Made by a program: the position numbers and the translations under genes. Of a stretch of 64,000 nt of DNA, positions 52,901-64,000 are shown piece after piece (position 1 is the stretch's first letter; the number at the start of each line of letters is the position of its first letter). The notes below the pieces were generated by a model, which saw only the letters and a list, made by a program, of their open reading frames with translations, was not told the origin of the DNA and made no database searches. Source of the DNA: Moniliella sp. 'wahieum' (Eukaryota); the NCBI GenBank assembly GCA_003971905.1, contig RSEE01000003.1:496001-560000 (forward strand). Reading direction: 5' to 3'.

Positions 52901-54991
52901 TGGGCTTGAAGAGCTTGGGAATGAGCGGCTTCCGCTTGCGCTTGTGCCCGGGCCTGGGCCTCCAGATCGGCCTGCGCTTGTGCCCGAGCCTGGGCCTCCA
53001 GGTCGGCCTGCGTTTGTGCCCGAGCCTGGGCCTCCAGATCGGCCTGCGCTTGTGCCTGTGCCTGTGCTTGAGCATCCGCTTGTGCCTGCGCATCAGCCTG
53101 GGTTTGCATTTGTTCGGCGGCGGCGCGTTGCTGCGCAGCAGCAGCAGCAGCTGAACCAGCAAAAAAACCAGTTCGGATCATGCCCTTTCCAGCGTTGAGT
53201 ACGGCCGTGGCCGACCTGTTCGGCTGAGGCAGCTCCCGCATCAACGGCGTGTCTTGTCCGTGCATCCTCATTGCCATAATCGAATGGAGATTGGTGCGGT
53301 GGACGAGGTGGGATTCCTCCTTGACCTTGAGATACTCAGCCAACTCGCGATCAAGGAAGAGACGATCCTTGTATTGGCCAATGGGATAAGCAAAGAATGC
53401 CGACACGGGGTTGCGTGGGTCAAAGTCTAGGGAGGTCGGGCGGCCATAAAGGTGGAAAGCATCAATGAAGCCTAAGTAAACAAGAGTGGTTCCCAGTCAG
53501 TACAGAACGCACAAATTTCATGCCTTGTGACGTACCTAACAGCCATTTGACCATCTTTTATCGGAGCCGTCCCTTGGACTTCAGGCTCAGGCATCAGCAT
53601 CACCCAGCCCGATTGGCGGGGGGTTCCTGAGGCCGAGAGAACTGGGCGGCCATCAGGGGTTGGGATAAGACGGCCTCTAGCTTCAAGAGTGCTGAACTCT
53701 CCACCAGCTCTGGCCGAGAGGGGTACACTGCATACACGTGGGCCACATAAACGATCGTTGCAAACGGTGCTGCGCCCGACTGGTACGCCTTTTTGGATTC
53801 GTAAAAGTAAGCCACTCCATCGGTCGGAGTCATTCCTTGTGGGGGAGCGACATTAGCAAACGGGTCGGGGAGAGCCCCGCCACCCGCGGTAGGGCCAAAG
53901 TCAGAATTTGGGGTCGCATTTCCATGGTGGCCTGTGAGAGACAGAATACTCCCGCGGTTGCCCGAAGAACCGATCTTCCAGAACTTAGGCTTGCTGGTTT
54001 GCTCAGGTGTGGCATTTTGGGGCGAGTCGACAAGAACGAGCCAAGAGTTGCGCCATTCTGTCGACCCCATGAATCGTGCCTTAACAGATCCTTCAAGTCG
54101 ACCCCTGACCAGTGGGGTGCGCAACGCACGCTGATCGTACCCGCTGGGGTCACCAGGAGAGGGGGGTGCATTGTCCACATCCTCGACAAAGGTAGAACTG
54201 GGGCACAAAGCAAGATTTCCCTGGTGATTACTATCCCAGAGCGTGTTACTGATACCTCGACGTGAATCGCGGCGCTGAAGCCCAGGTGCTCCGTATGCAC
54301 CTGGGACCGAAGGCTTGGTGAGAAGGGCGCGGACAAGAGAGCCGGTGTACATCTCTTCGAGACGCATACGCTCCCAAGAGGCCAAGCGAATCGCGTTGAC
54401 CCAGGCTTGGATCAAACGACGCCCAACGGGCCCTTCAACACAATAGTAAGATCGGTTGGAGCCGGCTGTGTTTAGGGAAAATACGTTCTCGTACTGGGCC
54501 TTGCTGTTAGGGACCTGCTTTGGATCTTCGGTAAGGGTGCCAATGTAGTCGACAAATGCGTCCGTGATGTTGATATAAGAGGGTGCGACAGTCTGCCCAG
54601 CTTTGGTAGCCTGCTCGAGTGCCCGCACCGACCAAACAGCGAGCACAGTGCCAACAAGCTGGACGAAGCAGAGCGTCCAACTCTTGCGTGGGTCGTTGGC
54701 ACGCAGAGGCCGACCATCGGCGGCAGTGTCATCGCGGCGGCTGAGGTAGCCCTCCATATAGAGCTTGAGAGCCTGAGCACTGTGGAGGTCAAGAGACCGG
54801 CGCAGATCATGGTGACGGAAGACTGGGGCCTCGCGGGCGGCAGCGCCGACAGCACCAGCACTGGTGTGGGCATGTGCCTCAGGCGAGGTGGCTGAGGGCA
54901 GTGCGGAGGCGGGGACGTTGCCCGAGGCAGAAACGACGTGGCGCGAGGAGCGCACAGAAAAAGACGGGCTCGTCGGCCGCTGGGCAACCAT
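49949..54991 (-). CDS. Skg3/Caf120-like PH-domain protein with long low-complexity C-terminus
   Basis: KLYMEGYL, WTLCFVQLVGTVLAVW, PSYINITDA, LNTAGSNR, WVNAIRLASWERMRLEEMYTGSL, IDAFHLYGRP, GLLGAISSHERERK, QQAAQMAY-type tail. Confidence 0.85.
52938..53045 (-). repeat. 36-bp coding tandem repeat x3 (QADLEAQARAQA)
   Basis: GCGCTTGTGCCCGAGCCTGGGCCTCCAGATCGGCCT repeated three times. Confidence 0.9.
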
Positions 54992-56525
54992 GTTGCAAGC
55001 CGAGCGCTGGTGCCAGAGGAGGACGAGGAGGGCGCGGCGGCGAGGGCGCGGGTGGTGGCGTGGGCGACGAGGGGGGGCGTGGGCGTAGGTGACGGTCACG
55101 CGTGACGCGGTGAACGCGGTAACGGCCACACCGACCGGAGCTCCAACCGAGCTGGAAACGCCAACGCACACTGGCGCCCCGCTTGCGGCCGAGGCGCCGC
55201 ACATCCGCCGCCCAAGTATGGCGGCAGTGTGCCTGATGCACTGCCGCCCCGGGGCTGGGCAGCCACGCTTGGGACGAGTGACTAGTGACCGGTGACCTGT
55301 GACCGGTGACCGGTGACCTAGTGACCCTAGTGACCCGCAGAGGCAATAGTCCATTCGCATAGTAGGGACCAGTGACGCGTGACGAGTGACTCAGTCAGGG
55401 ATTGCCCAATCTCCAATTGCAAATCGCCCCGACTGGCGCCGAGCGCGGGGACAACGCAACAACGTACTCAGCAGAACATTGAACCTTGCCTGGCCGCTAG
55501 CATCATGCACCCAGCATCACACATCAGCAGCCGGCAACACCCAGCCCAACCAAGTCATCCCAGGTGCGTCCCATGGCAGTTGGTTCGTTAAGAGGGCAAT
55601 ATATATATGGACACGAGCAGGTGCTACTGAATCCCCTTTATGTACAATGGGGTACCGTCGGCGGGGAGAAGGGTGGAAGGGCCCTCAAGTGCTGGCGCCC
55701 AAGGTCGGATCGCGGGATCGGCGCCGGTGACGAAGCCATTGACTGAGCAATCGTTTCGGATATGCATGACTGGCGTTCCAACCTTGAGACAAAAAGCTTG
55801 TAAGGGGGGATGCCTGCTGGGGTGGTTTCTTCATAATACCTCGATGGAGACATCCTATAATGAAGACTTGGCTTTATTCGGCTCATCACTCAATGGTGAG
55901 CATCGGATAGACCTCGCGCGAGAAGAGATCGGTAGACTGATGATCATTGATGTTTTTACAATGTGATGCGCGCCGGAAGAAAAATGTACTTAACATGGTG
56001 GTCTTTGAGGTGGAAGCCTGACTTGCGCCCTTCCTGGAACAGAACTGCATGCCATTTGTTGCAAGTGACAGAAGTTTCATGCGTCGACGTGGTTCCAGGT
56101 GGAGGACCGAATAAGTTCCAGGTAGGCGTGACGTTGTAGAGTCTTCCTGATGGGGTTGCAGGCACATTTCGGACATGTGACCGCAGGAGTGTGGCATGCC
56201 TTCCCGCACAGTTGATGAGACCTTGATAGCGAGTGTAATCGTCGGTACAGCAATGGTCGTACTGTCAGTAAACATGGCAGGGATGTGTTGGTATGTTGGC
56301 AAGCGCGCCCCATGGGCTAGACGGGGCGGTAAGAGAGAAGCGTGCAGGAGCGGTAGGGTCGCGGGGCAAAGTCTCTGGTCCGTCCAATGGTACATAAATA
56401 TAGACAGCAGTACCGCCACACCAGTCAAGCTCGATCAACGTGAACTGTTAGGGTATAACGGATAACCCTCGTAGATGGCAGGCACTGTCATCTGCTTCTG
56501 GTGACACCATCCACATGACAAGATA

Positions 56526-58328
56526 TTAGAGATGTAGTATGCGATCGGGCAAACATTCCAAACAAAGCCCTGTTACACAGTCGAGCTGGACCAGTGGATC
56601 ATGCTTGGCTGCTAGCGCGATCTGCTTGGCAAATGGTGAATGGTTCCGCAGCCATGGCCCCGCTTTGAATAGCACGATGGGGATCAGTGCCAAGGGCAAT
56701 GCAATGAAGGCCAATACGCAGGCAGCCCACTAGGTAGGCAGGTTGTTGAACATGGGCTCGGCGATGAGGGATGCACTACCAGAGATGATCTCACGGGCAA
56801 GAGATTGACCAGCGACAGCACTCGCTGCATAGTGTCCGTACGCCCCGACCGTATAGTCGCTCACAAAAATAAAAATGACGTGCGAACTGTACCCAAAGGC
56901 ACCGAGGGCCAGCATAGAAACGATCCAATGGACCGATGATTGAAGGGTCCATGCAAACCAGCTGAATAAATGTGAGTTTCTTTGGCCTGGAATACGCGAG
57001 ACAGATTAAGGAAGTACGTACAAGAGGCTTGCAGGGAACAGAGGGGCAATGAATAAACCCCAAATCAAGTACGACTCGGGTTCGGCATCCCCCGTAGGGG
57101 AGCGACGCTGGGCACGACGGACGATTGCCTGGGGGATAAAGTATGTGGCAAAAGCAAGGATGAAGCCTATGCCCATCGCGATAAAGGGGAAGGTTTGGTG
57201 CGGCAAAGAAAATCCGTGTTGCCGAGAGTAAATCATTGGGACGGCCTCGAGACAGAGATAGATAATGCTGTAGTTGTACCCGTCAAACGCTGCAAAGGCC
57301 GAGACGATGGGTTCCGTAAGGAGCATATGCGCAGGACGAACAACCACTTCACGGAACGTGTCCAAGTGACTTCTTTGGGCACGGATCCTGTCATGCTCTG
57401 CATAGTAACGGTCGTCACCAGTTTCCCGGCGCAGTTTACGCGCACGACGGGACAGGAGCACTCCGTCGTTGGTTTCAGGCACAGTGAGCAGCGCAAGGAC
57501 CACCAAGAATCCGGTTACGATCCCAGTCACGCCAAACAACCAGCGCCACGTCTGGGTGCGCTGCACCAAAAAGCCCGAGTAGATTGAGGCGATCACCACC
57601 CCAAGTTCGGCCGAAAGTCCAAATGAGTTGACTCCCCACCCCTGCTCCTCAGCAACCCACAAATCGGCCACAGTTCCAATCGAATTGAAAGTAGACGCTG
57701 CAAAGAATCCCGCCAAAAAGCGCGCGCGCGATAAGGGAACCAAGGTTGGGGCTCAGAGCGCAATGCAGTTGGAAAATGCCCATGCCTGTTGAACCAGCCA
57801 GGAGAACAGGAAGCCGGCCAAAATCTTCGGACAGTGGTGCGCTGAAAACGGGACCGCAGGCGAACCCATAGAGATAAACAGCTTGGACCACCCGGGCCGC
57901 GGCAGGGCTAACGTGAAAGTCGTGCACCACATAGGGCAAACCAGGGGCGTATGTTGCGGAGATGGCATTGGCCCATATTTGCAAGAGTAAGGTGACAAGA
58001 AGAATCTGCCATTTACGCAGCGGGTGCCAGCACTTTGGGTTGCAAGGGTCATTGGGCTTAAAGGTCACGCGAAACGGATCGGGCAAGTGTTGTAAGGATT
58101 TGGCGGCAAAGTCAAGCCCACCGTTTTGCGTCGATAAACGTGTGGGCACTCTCCTTGACAGTCGCTGGCCTGCACGGGAGATGGGGAGGCCGTTGACCCA
58201 TCCAAAAGACCAGGGGTTGCACTGGTGGACAAGTCTGTGGGTTCATGACAGCCTAAGAGTGGGGGAACTGGAGGGGGAAACGAATGAAGGGGCGAGTCGA
58301 AATCTGGAGCAGGAGCGCTAGCAACCAT
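56526..58328 (-). CDS. MFS drug:H+ antiporter (DHA1-like)
   Basis: DPCNPKCWHPLRKW, GPVFSAPLSEDFGRLPV (motif A), RFLAGFFAAS, WRWLF, PETN, RPAHMLLTEPIV, YAASAVAG. Confidence 0.9.
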
Positions 58329-59676
58329 TGGAGCCGGCAAGGGTTGCTGCCCCAGTGCTAGCAGGCCAAGGGAGGGAAATAACAAGCTGTATTTCTTGGG
58401 AGCGATCGAGAAGCTGCATCGCCGGTTAGAAAGCCGTGGTGGTGTACGCAAGAGTCGACCCAGTGAAAGCACCGTAGGTTGCAACAGCACACACTGCGGC
58501 GCGTGTAGCTAGCTTGTCGGACGGGCAGACCAGAGAGGTCTAGAGATGATGGATGAGGAGAGAGGAGCCAAGAAGCTGCGCTGGCGCTAGTGTGGCCAGA
58601 GGAGGCAAGGGCCGGCGGGAGGCGATGGTGGTGGCGGGATGGAGGGAGGGATGGTGCGCATGGCGTGTGCAGGCAATCTGCTGAGCTGCTGAGCGCTGAT
58701 GCGGTGCATGCATCGATGTGCAGCGGCAGCGCGTGAAGGCCAGGGGATCTGCGGTGGTAAGCGCCGAGTAATAGCCAGTAAGAATTAGCCCGCGTGCAGA
58801 ATTTCGATTTTGATGCAAGTTGCAAACTTGGGCGGGTGATTACCTCCATCACCAGTGAGGTCACAGGTCCCGCGTCATGCTCACGCGGTCACGCGGCACC
58901 CGGCCGCTCTCCCATCTCCCATCTCAACCAGTGTTCCCGCGTTCCCGCGTTCCCGGACGTTGCATGTGGCATGCGACGCGTGACGCGTGACGCGTGATAC
59001 ACTGCATCCGAGGAGACCTGGCCTACGACCTGTGGCCCGGTTTGGGTGCTGGGCCACCGTCGCCACCGTAATCAACGTAACCAGTAACCGGTAACCGTAA
59101 CGCGTAACCACCGTTCCACCGTCGCCATCTTGGCCACCACTTAGCGCTTAACGTTTAACCCAGCCTTAAGCTCTGCCTACGGTATAGTTAGAGACTGTCC
59201 GACAAGCAAGCCTTACGACATGTGAGCGCGAGCAGCAGCCAAACGCAGTGGGGCCTGAGGATGTGTTGGGGCGATGCCTTAGGCCTTAGGGTTGCGCCAA
59301 TCGCACGCCATCCTGCGTGACGCGTGACGCGTGACGCGTGATGTGTATCACCGATCACCGGTCACCGGTCACCCCTCTTATCGCCCGGACGCTCACTCTG
59401 CTCCCCGGTGCTAAGCCCTACCATTCTCATAGCCCGCTGTACCTCTCCTCAGAACCACGTCCTCCATTCTCCTTCTCCATCAGCAGGATGGAGTCCACAG
59501 CTTTTTTGGCTGGTAACACAAAGAAGGCTCTCCGAACTCAATGATAACCAAGGCAATTACAATGTGGCAATGGACGTCATCGACTTCACAACTAGTCAAA
59601 CAAACAAGTTCCGTTGGTATATAGAAACGAGCTGATTGTGGGGAGGGGAGCAGGTAGGTTAACTTCGGAAAAATCA

Positions 59677-59762
59677 GTTCTATTAGCTCAGTTGGCTAGA
59701 GCGTCCGACTGTTAGCACTTTCGGCCATCGGGAGGTCGTTGGTTCGAGCCCAACATGGAACG
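59677..59762 (+). tRNA. tRNA-Asn(GTT) with 12-nt intron
   Basis: Acceptor GTTCTAT/ATGGAAC, D-arm GCTC-AGTTGGCTA-GAGC, anticodon stem TCCGA/TCGGG with CT-GTT-A, intron 59715-59726, T-arm GTTGG-TTCGAGC-CCAAC, T-run downstream. Confidence 0.95.
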
Positions 59763-60170
59763 TCTTTTGCCCACTCCTCCGTCATTTTTTTCTGGGAACC
59801 AAAACCAAAATGGGCGCTTTTACGGACCATCCGTCAAGCGACATGGCCTGGTGATCCTGGCATGCCCAGCGGGGGAACGTAGCCAGAGATGATTCCCATG
59901 TGATATCGATCAAACCATCTGCGTCGGCCTGATTGTATGAACGACAAGGCACGGTGCACGCCGAGGGCATCTGAGCACCAAAATGGCCTCTGGAGAGCGA
60001 GGAATCTTCATTCTTCAACCTCCCGCAACAAATCCTCAGAGATGAAGATCCTCCGCATGGTTGAGGAGCAGAGAGTGGTGCCGGCTACGCCTGAGTCGGG
60101 GACCAAAGTGGAACTCAAGTCTAGGCCGCAATTTGATGTCAAGAAAGAGACGGTGCGTGCGCCACGGTAC

Positions 60171-60220
60171 AGGCCCCCTCGCGTGGAGGCCCCCTCGCGT
60201 GGAGGCCCCCTCACTGTGGA
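60171..60220. repeat. 16-bp tandem repeat x3 (AGGCCCCCTCGCGTGG)
   Basis: Directly visible. Confidence 0.8.
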
Positions 60221-60646
60221 TTGATCATGAAGATGTAGCAGTTTTCCGCCGATATCGTTGAGAGATTTCATGGCTGCACACACATTGGCCCCATGGGCAT
60301 ACAGGGAGGAGGAGCTTGTGTGCTCACACGCTCATGGCGGCGTGCATCAATCAGAATGAAGCAGAGTGCAGACATGCATCTGGTTCATTGAGCGTGCACC
60401 CGGCTGCGGAAGAGAACCGCCTGCATCGCCGGTTCCGCCGCACAGGCCTCGCTTTCGCAGTATTTTAACATTTCAGCTGCCAATGACTTCAACTTCAAGC
60501 TTCAAGCTCCAAGTTTCAACGTTCAACCGAACCTTCAACGTTTTCAACCGAAGCCCAACGTTCAACAACCTTCACGCTTCAACTTCAACTTCGACCAATC
60601 CCGTCAACCACGAAGGCTGCGCGGTGCGAAGAGCAGCGCGCACGCC

Positions 60647-62747
60647 ATGAACGAGTCCGACGCGCCCATCGCGAGCGCCGAGCCCGACGATCAGCCCCCA
60701 CCGAAACTCGGTGTAGAGAGCCCCACACCTCCCCCCGAGGCCGGGCAGACCGAGTACGACAGGCTTGTGCGCGAACGCACCGACCTCTTCATCCAATCCC
60801 GCCACGGTATCCTCTCTCGCGCCCGTACCTGTGCTGGTACACGGCGAGCCTCTGGCCGTCTGTGCTACGGGCGGCGCACAGGTGAGCGATCTTGCCCTCA
60901 GTGGTGATGGGGCTGTTTTGCTCTCTGCCGGATCAGACGGGTACGTGCGTCGGTACGACGTGTATGGGACGGTGAATGGGCGTAGTCTCCTCACTGTCAG
61001 TTTGCGGCACCAGTACACCGAAGGCTTCTACAAAGCCGGTGTCCTCTCGGCCTATTACCCGAACGAGGAGATTGGATCTGATGCCCCCTCTCCGCGCAAG
61101 AGCAAGGGAAAGCGGCGTGCGTCTGAGAGCGAGGAGGACGTGCCGCCAGTCAAGTTATCCGCTGCACCCGTGCACTCGGTCGTGTGCCATTCACAAGCCC
61201 TCTGGGCCCTGGCTGGCTCAGAGACTGGGTCAATCAACTTGATTCCTCTGCGACATGCTTTGGGCGGACGGTCGTCGGTTGTGCATGCTCTCCGAAGACA
61301 TCGCGGAGCCGTGTCCGCATTGGCCTTGACCCTTGGCGAGAAGGGCGTGATTAGCGGGTGGGTGGGACCACACAGTGCTGGACTGGGATTTGGACACTGG
61401 GCAGGTCGTGAGGCAGTACCCTGACCATGTGGGCCAAGTTTCCGGCATCGCTTTCCGCACCTTTGGGCCAGTTGGTGATGTGCGCCCTCCAAAGGGGGCC
61501 GTCAGTATCATTTCCAGTGCCGCTTCTGATCACCCCGACCTTGGTGATGCGCCCGAGGGGCCCAATGCGTCGGAACTATCCGAGGCATCAGAAAGCAAGC
61601 CCACACATACCGAGGAACCCATGGATGTGGACGAGGACGAAGAGAAGGCTAGTCCCACACCCATGCAAGAGGACCCAGCCCCGACTGGAACAGTCGAGTC
61701 AGCAAGCGCGAATCCGAATGCTAATGCTCATGCTAATGCAAGTGCATCCTCCGCCTACGGAAGCAGCTCCTCTCGAGGAAGCGAACGCGTCGGACAACGG
61801 AAAGAAAGATTCGGAATTGCCCGCCCCCAGTCCGAGCCCGAGTCCTGGAGTTCGTGATGCGAATGGGGCGCCTGGCCCAACGGAGGAGGGCGACTCCGAT
61901 GGCGACTCGCTCTTTGGGGATAGTGAGGAAGATGCGGATGGAGAGGCGGATTCGGATGATGGCTCAGATACTGGACCAATACTGCAGCTCCCTGGGTCGC
62001 GTCCTGTCCTACCCGGATCACTTCCCACTGGATCACCTGTGATGACACTCCCCCAGTCCAAGGAGGAAAGCTCGTCAGAGGATGAGCCCCTGGCGGTGAG
62101 CCACAGTCCGAAAAGGACCTCTCCCCCCCTCCTAAGGAGGATGTGCGAGAGAGGAAACTTGCCTCTCTCCGCGGGGGCGAGGGGTTCGACGCTGACCTTT
62201 CCCATTTTAGCCCAGATGTGTTTCTGAGCACAACGTTGGCGGGGCAAGTGCTTCTGTGGGACCGGCGTGTTAAGCCTGGGGAGAAGGGTGGGGTGCATGC
62301 CCTTCCCTTCAGGAAAAGACCCCGCCGTGGTGCCAGTCTGCCTGCTGGTCGCCCTATGGTGATCGGATCTATGTGGGCCGCAGGAACGAGTGCGTGGAGG
62401 AATGGGATTTACGCGCCCTCTCATCCAGCAGCGAGTGGGGCAGCAACGCTGGGCTCCGTGCTACCCATCGTCTTCCCCGCGGATGTGGCCCTGTGACCGC
62501 GGTGCTGGCCATGCCGAATGACCGGCACATTGTGACAGGGACACAACCGATAATGTGCGCTTCTGGGACACCCCAGCCCGCGACCAAGAACTCCGCGTTT
62601 CGTATCATCGCCGGCCACAACGGTGCCACCGTATCCTCACTTGCGCTCGACCCGACAGCGCGCTTCCTCTTTGTCGGATCAGGAGACCGAGGTTGGATGG
62701 GTACCTCCACCGAGTCCATCTTGATCCATGAAGTGGTTCCCGTGTAG
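60647..62747 (+). CDS. SPT8: SAGA complex WD40 subunit Spt8
   Basis: SAGSDGYVRRYD..VNG..LT..LRH..KAGVLSAYYPNEE, PVHSVVCHSQALWALAGSETGSINL..LRH, DWDLDTGQVVRQY, acidic DSLFGD insert, GHNGATVS..SGDRGW. Confidence 0.88.
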
Positions 62748-63384
62748 CGTCGATACTACGATACACTGGATCTTTTATGCATGGTCTCCTTCAATAGACC
62801 ATCCACCCCACGTCTTTCAAAAATAGGCCATGAACTGCATGAACACAAGGCGTATATTTTAGCCGGGTTTAGGATACCTACTCCCAAGACGACGGAGTCG
62901 GCGCGGCGAAAAATCTTGGAAATAAAGTGATCGTGCTTATTGGTCGCGGGTTGTGTGGTTCTAACTGTTCCCGGTTTCGGTCCACATCTCTTTGACATCC
63001 TGTGATGACGATATTGAGGCGTTCAAAGGCTCTGATGCGGGCAGGGGGCGGGATAGTAACCTGGTTGTTGTTGCACAGCGCCTGCTGTAGGACAGAATGA
63101 AGGGACTTTTCTCCGGTGGTACACCTCACGTTCCCGCTGCTGCTAATTGTAGTTTCTAGAAGCTAGCCCGTCTAACTGGTGGGGTACAGGGGCTCAGCGC
63201 TCAGCGCGGGCTGATGGATGATGCGTTGGGAGCAGAGCTCAGCCTGAGCCATACGCTGGCTAGAAGCAGCTGCCCCACACAATTCAGCACACGTGACAAT
63301 GCGGGGTGCCCAACAGCGGCCCCTCCGCTCGTCCAACCGGCTCGGCGTGTGCTGGACCTGCACGACGCACCCGCCATCCGCATC

Positions 63385-63978
63385 ATGGGCAGCAACACGT
63401 CCAGCCACACTTTCCAGCTCTGGTCCACGCCATCTACATGGCGGCATAGCCAACCCCAGAAGCAGCACAACCGCCTAGCTCTCGCGGCCTCCACCCTCAC
63501 TTCTCCTCCCGCCCCGCCAGTCCCCACACCTGAAAGGGAAGGCCACCTTGGAGGGTCAATGGAAGTACCATTGATCACCACGGCTCCCTCTTTATTGACC
63601 GATCTATACCCGCCGGTCTGCTCTGAAGCCGAGAGGACTCCTTCTGTTGGATCAACTGATGAAGAACAAACCACATCTGCCGCTAGCAGTGTGGCCCCCC
63701 ATGCCAGTGCGAGCACGGCGGGATCACCGCCTCAAGTACCGACTCCTGGTGAGACCTTTCCCTTGTCTCGAAATACAGAAAGCAGAAACACCGCTGGCCC
63801 TGGAGACCAAGCCTCAATCTGGTGTCTTCCCCACCCTCAAGGGCACACGCACGGCCATCCTCGCCGGTCTCTCTTCAGCGTCGGTCCGACTGCAGCAAAA
63901 AGCATTTTTTGCACCTACAATGGAAATTCCAGCAAGAGCACCAGCCCCCTGGACCTCGGCCTCGCTTCAAGACACTGA
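63385..63978 (+). CDS. Hypothetical Ser/Thr/Pro-rich protein, probably continuing beyond a frameshift or the window end
   Basis: Long ORF downstream of a palindrome-array cluster; starts MGSNTSS; no recognisable domain. Confidence 0.35.
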   Translation: MGSNTSSHTFQLWSTPSTWRHSQPQKQHNRLALAASTLTSPPAPPVPTPEREGHLGGSMEVPLITTAPSLLTDLYPPVCSEAERTPSVGSTDEEQTTSAASSVAPHASASTAGSPPQVPTPGETFPLSRNTESRNTAGPGDQASIWCLPHPQGHTHGHPRRSLFSVGPTAAKSIFCTYNGNSSKSTSPLDLGLASRH

Positions 63979-64000
63979 AGCTATAGAAACGTCATCATCG

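Noticed and set aside
54992..55360. N-terminal extension of the 586-aa ORF
   Set aside because: Translates palindrome arrays (HRSPVTGHRS) and GC-rich leader; the likely start is the ATG at 54991.
55886..56465. ORFs between the PH-domain gene and the MFS transporter
   Set aside because: No motifs; likely UTR or intergenic.

Overview
Eukaryotic fungal DNA, most likely a basidiomycete (smut-like, inferred from GC-rich, intron-poor genes with GT..CTAAC..AG introns). Nearly every conserved gene has scattered 1-bp frameshifts, which points to an unpolished long-read assembly, so CDS limits are approximate. Left half: two divergently oriented paralogous C2H2 zinc-finger genes (~4166-5471 on -, ~28022-30042 on +) bracket a ~22.5 kb gene-free transposon island. 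The island holds a recent LTR chromovirus that encodes Gag and integrase-chromodomain but no visible protease/RT/RNase H, a TIR-bounded CACTA/CMC-type transposon, Helitron-like 3' ends and several solo LTRs. Right half is housekeeping: MLH1, a full-length but divergent TOR kinase with an altered rapamycin-binding surface, BOS1, a sugar porter, a Skg3/Caf120-like PH protein, a DHA1-type MFS transporter and SPT8. Two intron-containing tRNA genes are present (Gly-GCC, Asn-GTT). The most striking unexplained signal is a pervasive intergenic family of 7-bp-period arrays whose unit is a 6-bp A....T palindrome plus one spacer base, using at least 12 different palindromes.
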